Source: a bacterium
GTDB lineage: Bacteria > Zhuqueibacterota > Zhuqueibacteria > Residuimicrobiales > Krinioviventaceae
Direction of reading: 5' to 3'
NCBI GenBank assembly: GCA_963693055.1
Contig: OY843751.1
Coordinates: 960,001-1,024,000 of the forward strand
Length of the DNA stretch: 64,000 nucleotides
The position numbers were made by a program, and so were the translations under genes. This document shows positions 48,235-58,291 of the stretch, one piece after another; the stretch's first letter is position 1, and each line of letters begins with the position of its first letter. The notes beneath the pieces are model-generated. The model did no database searches. It saw only the letters and a list, made by a program, of their open reading frames with translations, and was not told the origin of the DNA.

Positions 48235-49866
48235 ATGCGTTATCTTGGTACTTTGTTATTCGTTGTTCTGGTTCTGGCTATTATGGCCCCAATGGTATCT
48301 GCAGATACTGTTGTTGATCCAACAGCTGGTTTTGTTAATGAAATCATTAACGGTGATACCACTGCAACTGGTGCACGTAACGATTCAGTTTATGTTTTTC
48401 AACGTGGCGCTACCTATTATGCGCGTAATGAAATTACTAACCGTGGTTGGACTATGGTATTGAAGGCTGAAGAAGGCGATGGCCCATTACCAGTAATTAC
48501 TACTTTTATTGAAGAAGATGGTGATATTGAGCACCGTTTGGTGACTGGCCGTGCAGATGTTTATTTGTATGATTTATACTTTGATGGTATGGGACCAGAA
48601 GTAGATGATTATACTGTTCAAGATCCATTGCTGCCAATGAATGGTCAGTTGTTAAATGCAAACGCTTCAGGTGCTGTATTTGTAATGGATGGTTGTATTG
48701 CAAATAATGCAGGTCAAGTACTTTTGCGTTCTTCCAGTGGCGCACGTAAAGTTCAGCTAACCAACTCTATTTTCTGTAATGCAGGTCAGTTGTCTCGTGA
48801 TAACCTGGGTAATGGTCGTTTGTTTGATTTACGTGACGGTGCAACAGATACAATTATTGTTAAAAACTGTACTATTATTAATGGTGAAGATCGTGTGATC
48901 CGCCATCAGGATGCTAGTGGAAAAAATAACTTTTTGAGCTATTGTGAATTTGATCACGTAACCATTGCAAACTGGTTGGGTTCTTTTGGTTTTATCCAGT
49001 TAGGCGATTTGGGTGAACCTGGTTTGAAAATGACCAACTGTCTGTTTGTTAACCCCATGTGTCTTGGTGAAGATCCTGATGATGCATGGCGTATTCAGGA
49101 ATTTGGTTGGTTCTCTGGCGAATGGTATGAAGAAGAAGTAAGACCTAAAATGCCATTGTTACGTGATGAACCGAATGTATCTGATACTTTGACTGTAGTT
49201 CCTAATTTCTTTATTCAAAACAATGTTGTTCATTACCAGGATCCAGTAATTGAATTTTTCGATACTTATGAACTCAATCCTGCACCTGTAATGACTGATC
49301 GTATTGCTTCAATGAATAGTGCTGAAGGCTCAAGTATTCTTGAAACCGAAACTTCTGTTGAATTTACAAATTGTGCAGATATTCCATTGGATCTGATGTA
49401 TTGGTATCGTGATAATCAAGGTGCTGTTATTTCTGATGAAGTTGAAATGGACAGACGTTCACGTGAATTCTGGTCAGATTCTTTGGATATGAGCTATGAA
49501 GTTGCTAATGATGCTTTTGTAGGTACCGATGGTTTACCAGTTGGTGATACCAATTGGGCAAGTATTGTTACTACTGGTATCAATGACGATGCCAAAGCTC
49601 CTGCAACTATGGCATTGAACCAAAATTACCCCAATCCTTTCAACCCAACCACTTCTATCAACTATACTTTGAAAAAGAGTGGCATGGTGACTTTGAAAGT
49701 TTTTGATACATTAGGTCGCGAAGTTTCTACCCTGGTTAACAAAAATGTTGCTGCGGGTAGTTATGATGTAACTTTTGACGGTGCAAGTCTTGCTTCAGGT
49801 GTATATTTCTACACATTGAAAACAGATAATCAGACTCTTACCCGCAAGATGTTACTTGTGAAATAA
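48235..49866 (+). CDS. Secreted beta-helix-like protein with a T9SS-type C-terminal domain
   Basis: Signal peptide; 'N(S/C)(I/T)F.N'-type repeats; C-terminal 'LNQNYPNPFNPTT...SGVYFY...KMLLVK'. Confidence 0.8.
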   Translation: MRYLGTLLFVVLVLAIMAPMVSADTVVDPTAGFVNEIINGDTTATGARNDSVYVFQRGATYYARNEITNRGWTMVLKAEEGDGPLPVITTFIEEDGDIEHRLVTGRADVYLYDLYFDGMGPEVDDYTVQDPLLPMNGQLLNANASGAVFVMDGCIANNAGQVLLRSSSGARKVQLTNSIFCNAGQLSRDNLGNGRLFDLRDGATDTIIVKNCTIINGEDRVIRHQDASGKNNFLSYCEFDHVTIANWLGSFGFIQLGDLGEPGLKMTNCLFVNPMCLGEDPDDAWRIQEFGWFSGEWYEEEVRPKMPLLRDEPNVSDTLTVVPNFFIQNNVVHYQDPVIEFFDTYELNPAPVMTDRIASMNSAEGSSILETETSVEFTNCADIPLDLMYWYRDNQGAVISDEVEMDRRSREFWSDSLDMSYEVANDAFVGTDGLPVGDTNWASIVTTGINDDAKAPATMALNQNYPNPFNPTTSINYTLKKSGMVTLKVFDTLGREVSTLVNKNVAAGSYDVTFDGASLASGVYFYTLKTDNQTLTRKMLLVK

Positions 49867-49878
49867 TCTCCTTCCTTC

Positions 49879-49910
49879 AACCCGGAGGTTAATAACCTCC
49901 GGGTTTTTTT
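49879..49910. terminator. Rho-independent terminator
   Basis: AACCCGGAGGTTA-a-TAACCTCCGGGTT followed by a T run. Confidence 0.9.
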
Positions 49911-49946
49911 ATCTCTAATTTATATTTGAATCAATAAATGGTTGGT

Positions 49947-51194
49947 TTATACCCATCCCCTGAGTTCACACGCTTCTGCAACCCGTGCAACCCCTACAAT
50001 CGTTGCGGCAAGTCGTGGATGAACATGTTTTTCTTTAACCGCGGACATGACGGTATGATAAGCGGTGGTCAGTTTTTCATCGAGTCGGGTGTGGACTGTG
50101 TTTTCATCCCAAAAATCAGATGTTGCATTCTGGACCATCTCAAAATGAGATACGGTAACCCCTCCGGCACTTGCTAAAATATCGGGTATTACATGTACTC
50201 CCTTGTTATTGAGAATGATATCCGCTTCAGGAGTGGTGGGGCCGTTTGCAAGTTCACAAACAATTTTTGCTTTGATTTTTTCTGCATTATGAGCGGTTAT
50301 TGCATTTTCCAGCGCCGCCGGGTAAAGGATGTCTACATCTGCTTCCAGAATAGAATCCCGGTCAACGGCTTTACCTCCGGGAAACCCTGCAATGGTACCG
50401 TGTGTGAGTTTCCATGTTACCAGTTCTTTTACATCCAGCCCGTCTGCATTGTAAAGACCACCGCGGGAATCGCAAACTGCGGTTAATCTGCCTCCACCCA
50501 ACAGTTCGTTATGCAACAACGCCGCACGCTGTCCGGCATTTCCAAATCCTTGAATGGCAAATGTACCGGTGGGATCAATGTTCAGCACTTTACATGCTTC
50601 TCGCACGGTGATAACTCCACCCCGTGCTGTGGCATCGCGTCTGCCTTCGGTACCACCGATTTTTTGCGGCTTGTCTGTTAATACACCAGGATGATGGCGT
50701 TGGGTAATCACTTCAAATTCATCCATCATCCAGGCCATAATCTGGGGATTTGTGTACACATCTGGAGCAGGGACGTCTTTGTCAATTCCCAGATATGAAG
50801 CTGATGCCCGAATATACGCTCTTGAAACGTTTTCCATTTCACGTTCAGACATGTTACGAGGATCGCAGCATACACCGCCTTTACCACCGCCAAGTGGTAA
50901 ACCCGCAACTGCGGTTTTCCAGGTCATCCAGCACGCTAGCGCGCGTATGGTATCTACTGTTTCATCCGGATGAAAGCGTATACCGCCTTTTGAGGGACCA
51001 CGGGCTGTGTTGTATTGAATGCGCCAGGCGTGATAGATTTTAACAGAGCCATCATCCATTTTGACCGGAAGGGTAAATTTAAATTCACGTTGGGGCCAGA
51101 TCAACAAGTCGGTTGTTGCCTGATCAAGATTCAATAACCTGGCGGCTTCCAGAACTTGTTTTTGTGCCACATTAAAAGAGTTGTATGATTGCAT
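49947..51194 (-). CDS. Glu/Leu/Phe/Val dehydrogenase (probable glutamate dehydrogenase, family II type)
   Basis: 'GPSKGGIRFHP', 'GGGKGG', 'DVPAPDV', 'GFGNAG', 'ANGP' and 'GGVTVS' motifs. Confidence 0.92.
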   Translation of the reverse strand: MQSYNSFNVAQKQVLEAARLLNLDQATTDLLIWPQREFKFTLPVKMDDGSVKIYHAWRIQYNTARGPSKGGIRFHPDETVDTIRALACWMTWKTAVAGLPLGGGKGGVCCDPRNMSEREMENVSRAYIRASASYLGIDKDVPAPDVYTNPQIMAWMMDEFEVITQRHHPGVLTDKPQKIGGTEGRRDATARGGVITVREACKVLNIDPTGTFAIQGFGNAGQRAALLHNELLGGGRLTAVCDSRGGLYNADGLDVKELVTWKLTHGTIAGFPGGKAVDRDSILEADVDILYPAALENAITAHNAEKIKAKIVCELANGPTTPEADIILNNKGVHVIPDILASAGGVTVSHFEMVQNATSDFWDENTVHTRLDEKLTTAYHTVMSAVKEKHVHPRLAATIVGVARVAEACELRGWV

Positions 51195-51208
51195 TGTTTA
51201 GCTTCCTG

Positions 51209-51382
51209 TTAAGAGTTTTTATTCTTGTCATTTTCCGGATGATCGTGGGAATCCAGAAATATACGATACCAGCAGCCTTTACACATCAAGGCCCGATCAA
51301 CCCGTAACAAGACTTGTTCCCAGGGTGAAAGTTTTCGCCCGCAATGGGGACATGTTTCAGGCACTTTTTCTTGTGTATTCAC
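51209..51382 (-). CDS. Small zinc-ribbon protein
   Basis: 'CPHCG...CKGCW' with two CxxC pairs; fills the gap between co-oriented genes; start uncertain (GTG 51382 or ATG 51421). Confidence 0.6.
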   Translation of the reverse strand: MNTQEKVPETCPHCGRKLSPWEQVLLRVDRALMCKGCWYRIFLDSHDHPENDKNKNS

Positions 51383-51383
51383 G

Positions 51384-54300
51384 TTAAATTCCCGGTTTAA
51401 TAATAACACCGCGGCTTTCATGTCCGTTCATTCTCACAGAAAACGGCTTGTCAAAGCTCAGGTGTTTTGTGTATTGTTTTTGTTCAACAATATTTTGGTT
51501 ATTCAGCCAATCCCAATCCAGAAAGCAGTTATTGTTTTGATGGTCAATGGTAAAATAACCTACCATAAAAGAGTTCAGGTTTTGGAAAAAGTGAGATCCT
51601 TGCGATGGTGTAACATCAATGTCTTTAAATTTGGCTTCAATAATTACTCTTGCACCCGAAATCTGGTCCCACCTGACGGGTATACCCAACCAGGGATCCA
51701 TGCTGCCCCAACGACCAACACCAATCAACAGATAATGCCGGTTTTGATCTACCAGCTTTGAATTAAAATAACTGACTTCTTGTGCAACCTGAACGCTGGC
51801 AGCCCTTTCAAAGATATCTCTGTCTACCATTATGATATCCTGCAAATGCTCTATAACTCCATTGCCCATGACCTTGGCACTTTTGCAGATCATTTCGTCA
51901 TCATGATATTGATCTATATTTAATACTTCAAGTTCCCGGTTCAATACCATGGGCCGCATTTGCAATATACCAAATTCTTTTTTATCTTTTTGAGATAAAT
52001 TTACCGCATACTCTATTTCCACAGGAGTACCCATACCCCAGCGCCCCATATCCAGAATCAGATCAAGAATCTCGGGCAGGGGGAATGTTTTAAATTTTAA
52101 TAGGGGAGCGAGCGTAATTAACCGAACTCCTGGTTTTGATGTGCCGTCATAAATAATGTCATTCTCTTGAGAATAAGTTGAAGCCAGTTGGAAAAGTGTC
52201 CCATCTTTTTCTGCCACAGATAAGGGATAGCTTTTAATATGGCTGTCTTCAATGTCTTCAGGATTCTCGGGTTCTTTTGATAGATCGAGCGCGAAAAATT
52301 CGGTTTGTGAATTTTTTACAATGTATTTGGGTGCATTGAGCGGATCTTGACGAGACGGATATTTGGGGCAAAATCTTGCCGCTGTACCACCCTCGACAAC
52401 TGTTTTTCCCAAACCCAGTGCCGCGGAGGCAATACCGTCATTGGGTTTTTGTGGTGGCAACGGATAAAAGTTGTACGATCTGGCAACACCTGCAAAATCC
52501 GGATAAAAGCGGTCATTATGCCTTGAACCTATCATGCTTTGAATAATTACCGCCATTTTTTCTTCTTCAAGCCTATATGCAGTTGCTTTGATATAGTTTT
52601 TGGCAGCCTGTAAAAATGTAGAAGCATACACTTTTTTAATGGCCCTTAGCAGGTTTGCCAAGCGTATTAATGGATCAGGGTGGCTGTTGGGCAGCATATA
52701 TGTATTATAAACCCCTGCAAAGGGTTGGTTATGCGAGTCTTCCAGCAAACTAGATGATCGTATTGCCAGAGGGGTATTTACCAGATCCAGAAATGCGATA
52801 AGTTCGCCTAAAATTTCTTCAGGAAAACGTCTTGATTGTAGAAAACGGTGCATGATTTCCTGATCGTCATGGGTGGATAATGCGAATGCGTGCAAATCAT
52901 TTTCATGAAGAAATTCATCAAAGACATCTGTACCAATTACAATTGCCGGGGGTATGCTTATTTTTACTCCCGGAAACTGGTTGTGGATATTGTAATTGTT
53001 GATGAGAATATTTACAAAACTTAGTCCACGCGCCTTGCCTCCCAGAGATCCTCCGCCAATTCTTGATATACTTGAAGAGGGATCATACGTCTCTTTTTTG
53101 AAATCTGTGATAATGCCCTGCTGACGGATTTTCCGGTACTCTTTTAATGACGCAATCAAATCCTGTCGGGCGTTTTCTACATCCGGAAAATCTGTGATTT
53201 TACGGGGACGTAGTTGGTGCGCAAGCCAGAATTCTGTTCTGGCTTTTAACCAGTTTGAAAAATGATTGCGGGCAGCGTGGTACTGAATACTTTCGGCAGG
53301 CACAGATTTTAATTGTTCTTCAAGAGATATTAAATCATTCGCACGGCCTACCTCAACTCCTTCTTTGGTATAAAAAACAAAATCTCCAAAACAGAGATTG
53401 TTGATCATAAAGTGCTGTAATTCGTGCAGAAGGGTGGGAGAATTTTTTAAAACAAATGAAGCTCCAATAGAATGGGCTTCTTTTTCGTTATCAATATTGT
53501 TTGAATTTAACAAGACCGGTATATCCGGATGGCTGTTTAATACGTATTTTGCAAATTCAAGCCCTGCTCTGGAGTCCATTGTGTTGTTGCGTGGAAATTC
53601 AATGTCTGAAATAACACCCAAAATAGTTTCATTATAATTATCGTAATACGATTTTGCTTCTTCATAGGTTTTACATAAAAGTATTTTGGGCCGTGCCCGC
53701 TGCCGCAGTTGCTTGTGCGATAAATTGATGCCTTCAGAGATCAGACGCTGTGATTGACGCATGGTCTCCAGATAGATCATGGGCAGGAAGGAGGAATAAT
53801 ACCTTACATTATCTTCTATTACTATAATGGATTGCACACCAACCAGATTGGTATCATGATCTACGTTTAGTTTATCTTCCAGATGTTTTATAATTGCAAG
53901 TAATAGTCTAAAATCTCCCTGCCAGATAAAGATTTGATCAAAAACTGATGAATCTTGGTGTAAAAGCAGGTCAGACAATTCCCGATTATCGAACGCAAGC
54001 AGAACAATGGGTATGCCAATATCCAGAGATTTTACCTTTTCTGCAAAATTGGAAACCCGCATGTCTTCAATGTGCAAAGTAGTTAAAATAAGGTCGAACC
54101 TGCGTTCTTCCTGGATGATTGCCAGGGCTTCTTTACCGCTCGAAACCCGGGTCAATTCGGGCGAGTGGCTTAAATTTAATCCCTGGTATTTCTCACGGAT
54201 CAATTCATACAATCTTCCGTCTTCTTCAAACACATAGAGATCATACAAGCTGGATACCAATAGAATGTCTCTGATACGCAATCGCATAAGATTTTGGAAC

Positions 54301-54389
54301 CCTTGAAATCGGGTTCCATACCCATGCTCGACCCATAATGGGTCGGCATGGGGCAGAACTTTAATATTAGATGACATAGTATCTTTCAA
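51384..54389 (-). CDS. PEP synthase/PPDK-like nucleotide-binding domain protein with N-terminal receiver-like domains
   Basis: 'GGKARGL', 'PLAIRSSSLLEDS...FAGVY', 'MAVIIQ', 'GLGKTVVEG' and 'ILQMRP'; REC-like N-terminal segments. Confidence 0.82.
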   Translation of the reverse strand: MKDTMSSNIKVLPHADPLWVEHGYGTRFQGFQNLMRLRIRDILLVSSLYDLYVFEEDGRLYELIREKYQGLNLSHSPELTRVSSGKEALAIIQEERRFDLILTTLHIEDMRVSNFAEKVKSLDIGIPIVLLAFDNRELSDLLLHQDSSVFDQIFIWQGDFRLLLAIIKHLEDKLNVDHDTNLVGVQSIIVIEDNVRYYSSFLPMIYLETMRQSQRLISEGINLSHKQLRQRARPKILLCKTYEEAKSYYDNYNETILGVISDIEFPRNNTMDSRAGLEFAKYVLNSHPDIPVLLNSNNIDNEKEAHSIGASFVLKNSPTLLHELQHFMINNLCFGDFVFYTKEGVEVGRANDLISLEEQLKSVPAESIQYHAARNHFSNWLKARTEFWLAHQLRPRKITDFPDVENARQDLIASLKEYRKIRQQGIITDFKKETYDPSSSISRIGGGSLGGKARGLSFVNILINNYNIHNQFPGVKISIPPAIVIGTDVFDEFLHENDLHAFALSTHDDQEIMHRFLQSRRFPEEILGELIAFLDLVNTPLAIRSSSLLEDSHNQPFAGVYNTYMLPNSHPDPLIRLANLLRAIKKVYASTFLQAAKNYIKATAYRLEEEKMAVIIQSMIGSRHNDRFYPDFAGVARSYNFYPLPPQKPNDGIASAALGLGKTVVEGGTAARFCPKYPSRQDPLNAPKYIVKNSQTEFFALDLSKEPENPEDIEDSHIKSYPLSVAEKDGTLFQLASTYSQENDIIYDGTSKPGVRLITLAPLLKFKTFPLPEILDLILDMGRWGMGTPVEIEYAVNLSQKDKKEFGILQMRPMVLNRELEVLNIDQYHDDEMICKSAKVMGNGVIEHLQDIIMVDRDIFERAASVQVAQEVSYFNSKLVDQNRHYLLIGVGRWGSMDPWLGIPVRWDQISGARVIIEAKFKDIDVTPSQGSHFFQNLNSFMVGYFTIDHQNNNCFLDWDWLNNQNIVEQKQYTKHLSFDKPFSVRMNGHESRGVIIKPGI

Positions 54390-54395
54390 TTCTTG

Positions 54396-55757
54396 TTATA
54401 CAATACCCTGATCAATCATGGCATCCGCAACTTTGAGAAAACCACCAATATTGGCACCATTTACATAATTGCCCGGAGTACCAAATCTTTCGGCAACATC
54501 AACACAGGTTTTATGGATGTTTTTCATGATCATATGCAAACGTTCATCCACTTCTTTGCGGGTCCAGGGGAGACGCATCGAGTTTTGTGTCATTTCAAGT
54601 CCTGAAACCGCTACCCCACCGGCATTGGCAGCTTTGCCCGGTGCATAGAGCGCACCCGCATCCAAAAATACTTTGACGCCATCAATGGTTGTGGGCATGT
54701 TAGCACCTTCACTGATTACATCAACACCGTTCTTGAGCAGGTTTTCAGCATCTTTTTTATTGATCTCATTTTGTGTTGCACTTGGGAAAGCGCAATCTGC
54801 TTTATGGTCCCAAAGTGGGTTATGATCCAGATTGTGGTCCAGATCGGTATAAACCGCACTTTTATATTTTTCCGCATATTCTTTAATTCTGCCGCGTCGT
54901 TGGTTTTTGAGCTCCATAACAAATTCCAGCTTTTCGCTGTCAATTCCTGCTTCGTCATAAATATAGCCATTTGAATCAGAAAGTGTTACAACTTTGCCGC
55001 CCAATGCTATAACTTTTTCAGTGGTAAATTGTGCAACATTACCGGAACCTGATACCAGACAGATCTTTCCTTCAAGTGTTTTGCCCTTGGTTTCAAGCAT
55101 TTCTGCTGCCATATAAACTGCGCCATATCCGGTTGCTTCGGGTCTTATTAAAGAACCACCCCAGTTCAGTCCTTTACCTGTAAGTACACCGGTGAATTCA
55201 TTTTTGAGTTTTTTATATTGACCAAAAAGAAAACCGATCTCGCGTCCGCCAACACCAATATCACCTGCGGGTACATCCGTGTTTGGGCCAATATGACGGT
55301 AAAGTTCACTCATAAAGCTCTGACAAAAGCGCATTACTTCATTGTCACTCTTGCCTTTGGGATCAAAGTCAGAACCACCCTTGCCACCACCCAGTGGGAG
55401 CGAGGTAAGGCTGTTTTTAAATACCTGTTCAAAAGCCAGAAATTTTAAAATACTTAGATTTACAGAGGGGTGGAACCGGAGTCCGCCTTTATATGGACCA
55501 ATTGCGCTGTTCATTTCAATTCTGAATCCCCGGTTTATTTGCACTTCTCCCTGATCATCAACCCAGGGAACGCGAAACATTAGAACACGTTCAGGCTCAA
55601 TGATCCTTTCAAATATTTTTACAGAGCGGTATTCAGGATAACGGTCATAAACCAGTGCTACAGATTCAGCTACTTCTTCAACAGCTTGTAAAAATTCGCT
55701 TTCATGCGCGTTTTTTGCTTTTACATCGCTCATCAGGGAATTGATAAAATCCGACAT
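54396..55757 (-). CDS. gdhA: NADP-specific glutamate dehydrogenase
   Basis: 'GPYKGGLRFHPSV', 'FEQVFKNSLT', 'GGGKGGSDFDPKGKS', 'RPEATGYG' and 'GSGNVA' motifs. Confidence 0.96.
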   Translation of the reverse strand: MSDFINSLMSDVKAKNAHESEFLQAVEEVAESVALVYDRYPEYRSVKIFERIIEPERVLMFRVPWVDDQGEVQINRGFRIEMNSAIGPYKGGLRFHPSVNLSILKFLAFEQVFKNSLTSLPLGGGKGGSDFDPKGKSDNEVMRFCQSFMSELYRHIGPNTDVPAGDIGVGGREIGFLFGQYKKLKNEFTGVLTGKGLNWGGSLIRPEATGYGAVYMAAEMLETKGKTLEGKICLVSGSGNVAQFTTEKVIALGGKVVTLSDSNGYIYDEAGIDSEKLEFVMELKNQRRGRIKEYAEKYKSAVYTDLDHNLDHNPLWDHKADCAFPSATQNEINKKDAENLLKNGVDVISEGANMPTTIDGVKVFLDAGALYAPGKAANAGGVAVSGLEMTQNSMRLPWTRKEVDERLHMIMKNIHKTCVDVAERFGTPGNYVNGANIGGFLKVADAMIDQGIV

Positions 55758-56034
55758 GATAACCTCTTTATTATAATTTTCAAGATTTTTAGGAAAAGAT
55801 GCAGAATATCATGTGGATTTACGGGAAAGATAAATTCAGCAGGGTACACTCTAATTGTGGATATATTAGAACCATAGCACCTGTTTTTAGTGACTACCTC
55901 GGTAGAGTATACAAAATTTAATATTTCTCTGCAACCTTTTTTTGTTTTTGTATACAGGGAATACAAATTTATTGTTTGCAACATTGTCTTAAATCTGTTA
56001 CTTTAAAAGAAAAATTATAATAAAAGGAGGGCCC

Positions 56035-57609
56035 ATGAAGAATCTGTTTGCGGGAATAGACAGTTCTACCCAAAGTACCAAATTGCTTGTGCTGGATATT
56101 GATGAGAATAAAGTTGTACATGTGGATGCTGTGAATTATGATAATGATTTACCTCAATATAATACCCGAAATGGTGTTGTAGCTAGTCAAACTGAAGGCG
56201 CATCCGAATCAGATCCCATGATGTGGGTAGAGGCTTTGAATATATTATTCGCGCGTTTACAGAAATCTAATGTTCCTCAACAAAATATTAAAGCGATAGC
56301 CGTTTCAGGGCAACAGCATGGCTTGGTCACTCTGGATGCAGAGGGAAACCTTACACGGAAAACCAGTAAATTGTGGAATGATTTTAGTACCCAGCAGGAA
56401 TGTGATTTGATGACCGAGGCTGTCGGCGGGCTCGATGCCATGATTGAGGAGGTTGGCAACAGTCAGCGAACGGGTTATACGGCAGCAAAGATTTTTCATA
56501 TGGTTCGTAACGAGCCGGAGGCTTTTGCAAAAACCTCTACCTGCTTTTTGGTCCACAACTTTATCAACTGGTATCTCACGGGAGGTAAAGATGGTGGAGT
56601 ACGGATGATGGAACCGGGAGATACTTCCGGAATGGCACTTTGGGACCCCAAAACCGGCAAATGGTCTGAAAAAGTTATGAATGCCATTTCACCGGATTTG
56701 AAAAATAAAATCCCACCCCTTGAACCTGCTGATAAATCTATTGGAACTATTGGAAAAACACTTGCGGAACAATATGGATTTGATCCCGAATGCCGAATTG
56801 ATGCCGGCTGTGGAGACAATATGTATGGTGCAGTGGGTACTGGTAATGTAGAACCAGGTATTGTAACGATCAGCCTGGGTACCAGTGGAACAGCTTATAC
56901 ATTCCTGAATGAACCTTATGTTGATCCTACCGGCGAAATAGCTGCCTTTTGTGACAGTACCGGTCATTATTTGCCTTTGTTATGTGTATCTAATCTGGCA
57001 AATGGATACAACGCAATTATTGACCAATTTAAATTGAGTCATAAAGAATTTGTAGAAATTGTTAATACGGTTCCGGTTGGAAATGAGGGACGTTTGCTGA
57101 TTCCCTGGTATATGGGTGAACGCACTCCGGATGTACCCCAGGCAAGTCCGGTTTATTTTGGTTTTGATTTGGATGATTTTACAAAGGAAAAATTGTGCAG
57201 AGCCGTATTAGAGGGCCATATACTAAATCTGTACGATGGTTTCAGGAAAATGCCAGTCCAGGCAAAAGAAATTCGGGTAACCGGTGGACTTGCACAATCA
57301 GAAGCCTGGGTACAAACTATTGCAGACGTATTTGAGGCAGAAGCTGTGCCGGTTGAAGGTGAAGGAGCGGCATTGGGCGCAGCGCTACACGCAGCATGGG
57401 TATATGATAAAGAAAACGGTGGTAACGCTTCCTTGAAAGAAATAACCGATCCTTTTGTAATATTACGTGAAGAAAGACGCTGTAAACCTGTTCCTGAAAA
57501 TGTGGATGTGTTTAAAGTGCAAAAATCCATGTTTTCTGCACTAAGTAAACGTGTCAGGGGACACCATTCTACTGATGATCCATTTGCTTTGCGAGCAAAA
57601 ATGTTATAA
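56035..57609 (+). CDS. xylB: Xylulokinase (FGGY carbohydrate kinase)
   Basis: 'GIDSSTQSTK', 'SGQQHG', 'GDNM', 'SLGTSG', 'GERTP' and 'GAALGAA' motifs. Confidence 0.85.
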   Translation: MKNLFAGIDSSTQSTKLLVLDIDENKVVHVDAVNYDNDLPQYNTRNGVVASQTEGASESDPMMWVEALNILFARLQKSNVPQQNIKAIAVSGQQHGLVTLDAEGNLTRKTSKLWNDFSTQQECDLMTEAVGGLDAMIEEVGNSQRTGYTAAKIFHMVRNEPEAFAKTSTCFLVHNFINWYLTGGKDGGVRMMEPGDTSGMALWDPKTGKWSEKVMNAISPDLKNKIPPLEPADKSIGTIGKTLAEQYGFDPECRIDAGCGDNMYGAVGTGNVEPGIVTISLGTSGTAYTFLNEPYVDPTGEIAAFCDSTGHYLPLLCVSNLANGYNAIIDQFKLSHKEFVEIVNTVPVGNEGRLLIPWYMGERTPDVPQASPVYFGFDLDDFTKEKLCRAVLEGHILNLYDGFRKMPVQAKEIRVTGGLAQSEAWVQTIADVFEAEAVPVEGEGAALGAALHAAWVYDKENGGNASLKEITDPFVILREERRCKPVPENVDVFKVQKSMFSALSKRVRGHHSTDDPFALRAKML

Positions 57610-57616
57610 TAACCCA

Positions 57617-57642
57617 TTCCCCCGGTAAGCCGGGGGAGTTTT
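57617..57642 (+). terminator. Probable terminator after xylB
   Basis: TCCCCCGG-taag-CCGGGGGA followed by GTTTT. Confidence 0.65.
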
Positions 57643-57775
57643 CCTTTCAAGAAATAATAATTATTTGTATATTGTTGAAAATAAAAAAGTGGTTAAATGT
57701 TCATTTGTTAATACCTGTGGGCTGACACTGCATTAAAATTTGGTTATAATCCATTCATATAAAAAGGAGATTTAC

Positions 57776-58240
57776 ATGCAAGTTGCAAAAGACATGGTTG
57801 TTGCCATGCATTATACATTGGTATTAGAGAATGGTGAAATTGCAGATACTTCAGCAGACCGGGAACCGTTGAGTTTCATTTGTGGTCACAGTCAGATTAT
57901 ACCTGGTTTGGAAAACGAATTGATGGGAATGTCTGTTGGTGACAAGAAAACTGTCAAAGTTGCGCCCAAAGATGCTTATGGTGAATATGATGAAAGTTTG
58001 TTACAACGGGCACCTAGAGAACAAATCCCTGAAAATATAGAGTTGAAAGAAGGTTTGGTATTACGTGCAAATAGTGAAGATGGCCAAATTATGGAATTTG
58101 TTGTAAAATCTTTTGATGAAAAAGAAGTTGTCTTTGATTTGAACCATCCTCTTGCAGGCGAAACACTGACTTTTGAGACTGAAATCATGGAAGTACGAGC
58201 AGCAAGTTCTGAAGAAATTGATCATGGACATGTTCATTAA
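57776..58240 (+). CDS. slyD: FKBP-type peptidyl-prolyl isomerase SlyD
   Basis: 'IIPGLENELMG', 'AYGEYD', 'DLNHPLAGETLTF' and C-terminal 'HGHVH'; AAGGAG RBS. Confidence 0.92.
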   Translation: MQVAKDMVVAMHYTLVLENGEIADTSADREPLSFICGHSQIIPGLENELMGMSVGDKKTVKVAPKDAYGEYDESLLQRAPREQIPENIELKEGLVLRANSEDGQIMEFVVKSFDEKEVVFDLNHPLAGETLTFETEIMEVRAASSEEIDHGHVH

Positions 58241-58249
58241 GATTTTTTT

Positions 58250-58290
58250 AAAAAAAAGGCTGTCCTCAAAATTGGGACGGCCTTTTTTAT
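58250..58290. terminator. Bidirectional terminator
   Basis: A-run-GGCTGTCC...GGACGGCC-T-run between convergent genes. Confidence 0.8.
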
Positions 58291-58291
58291 T

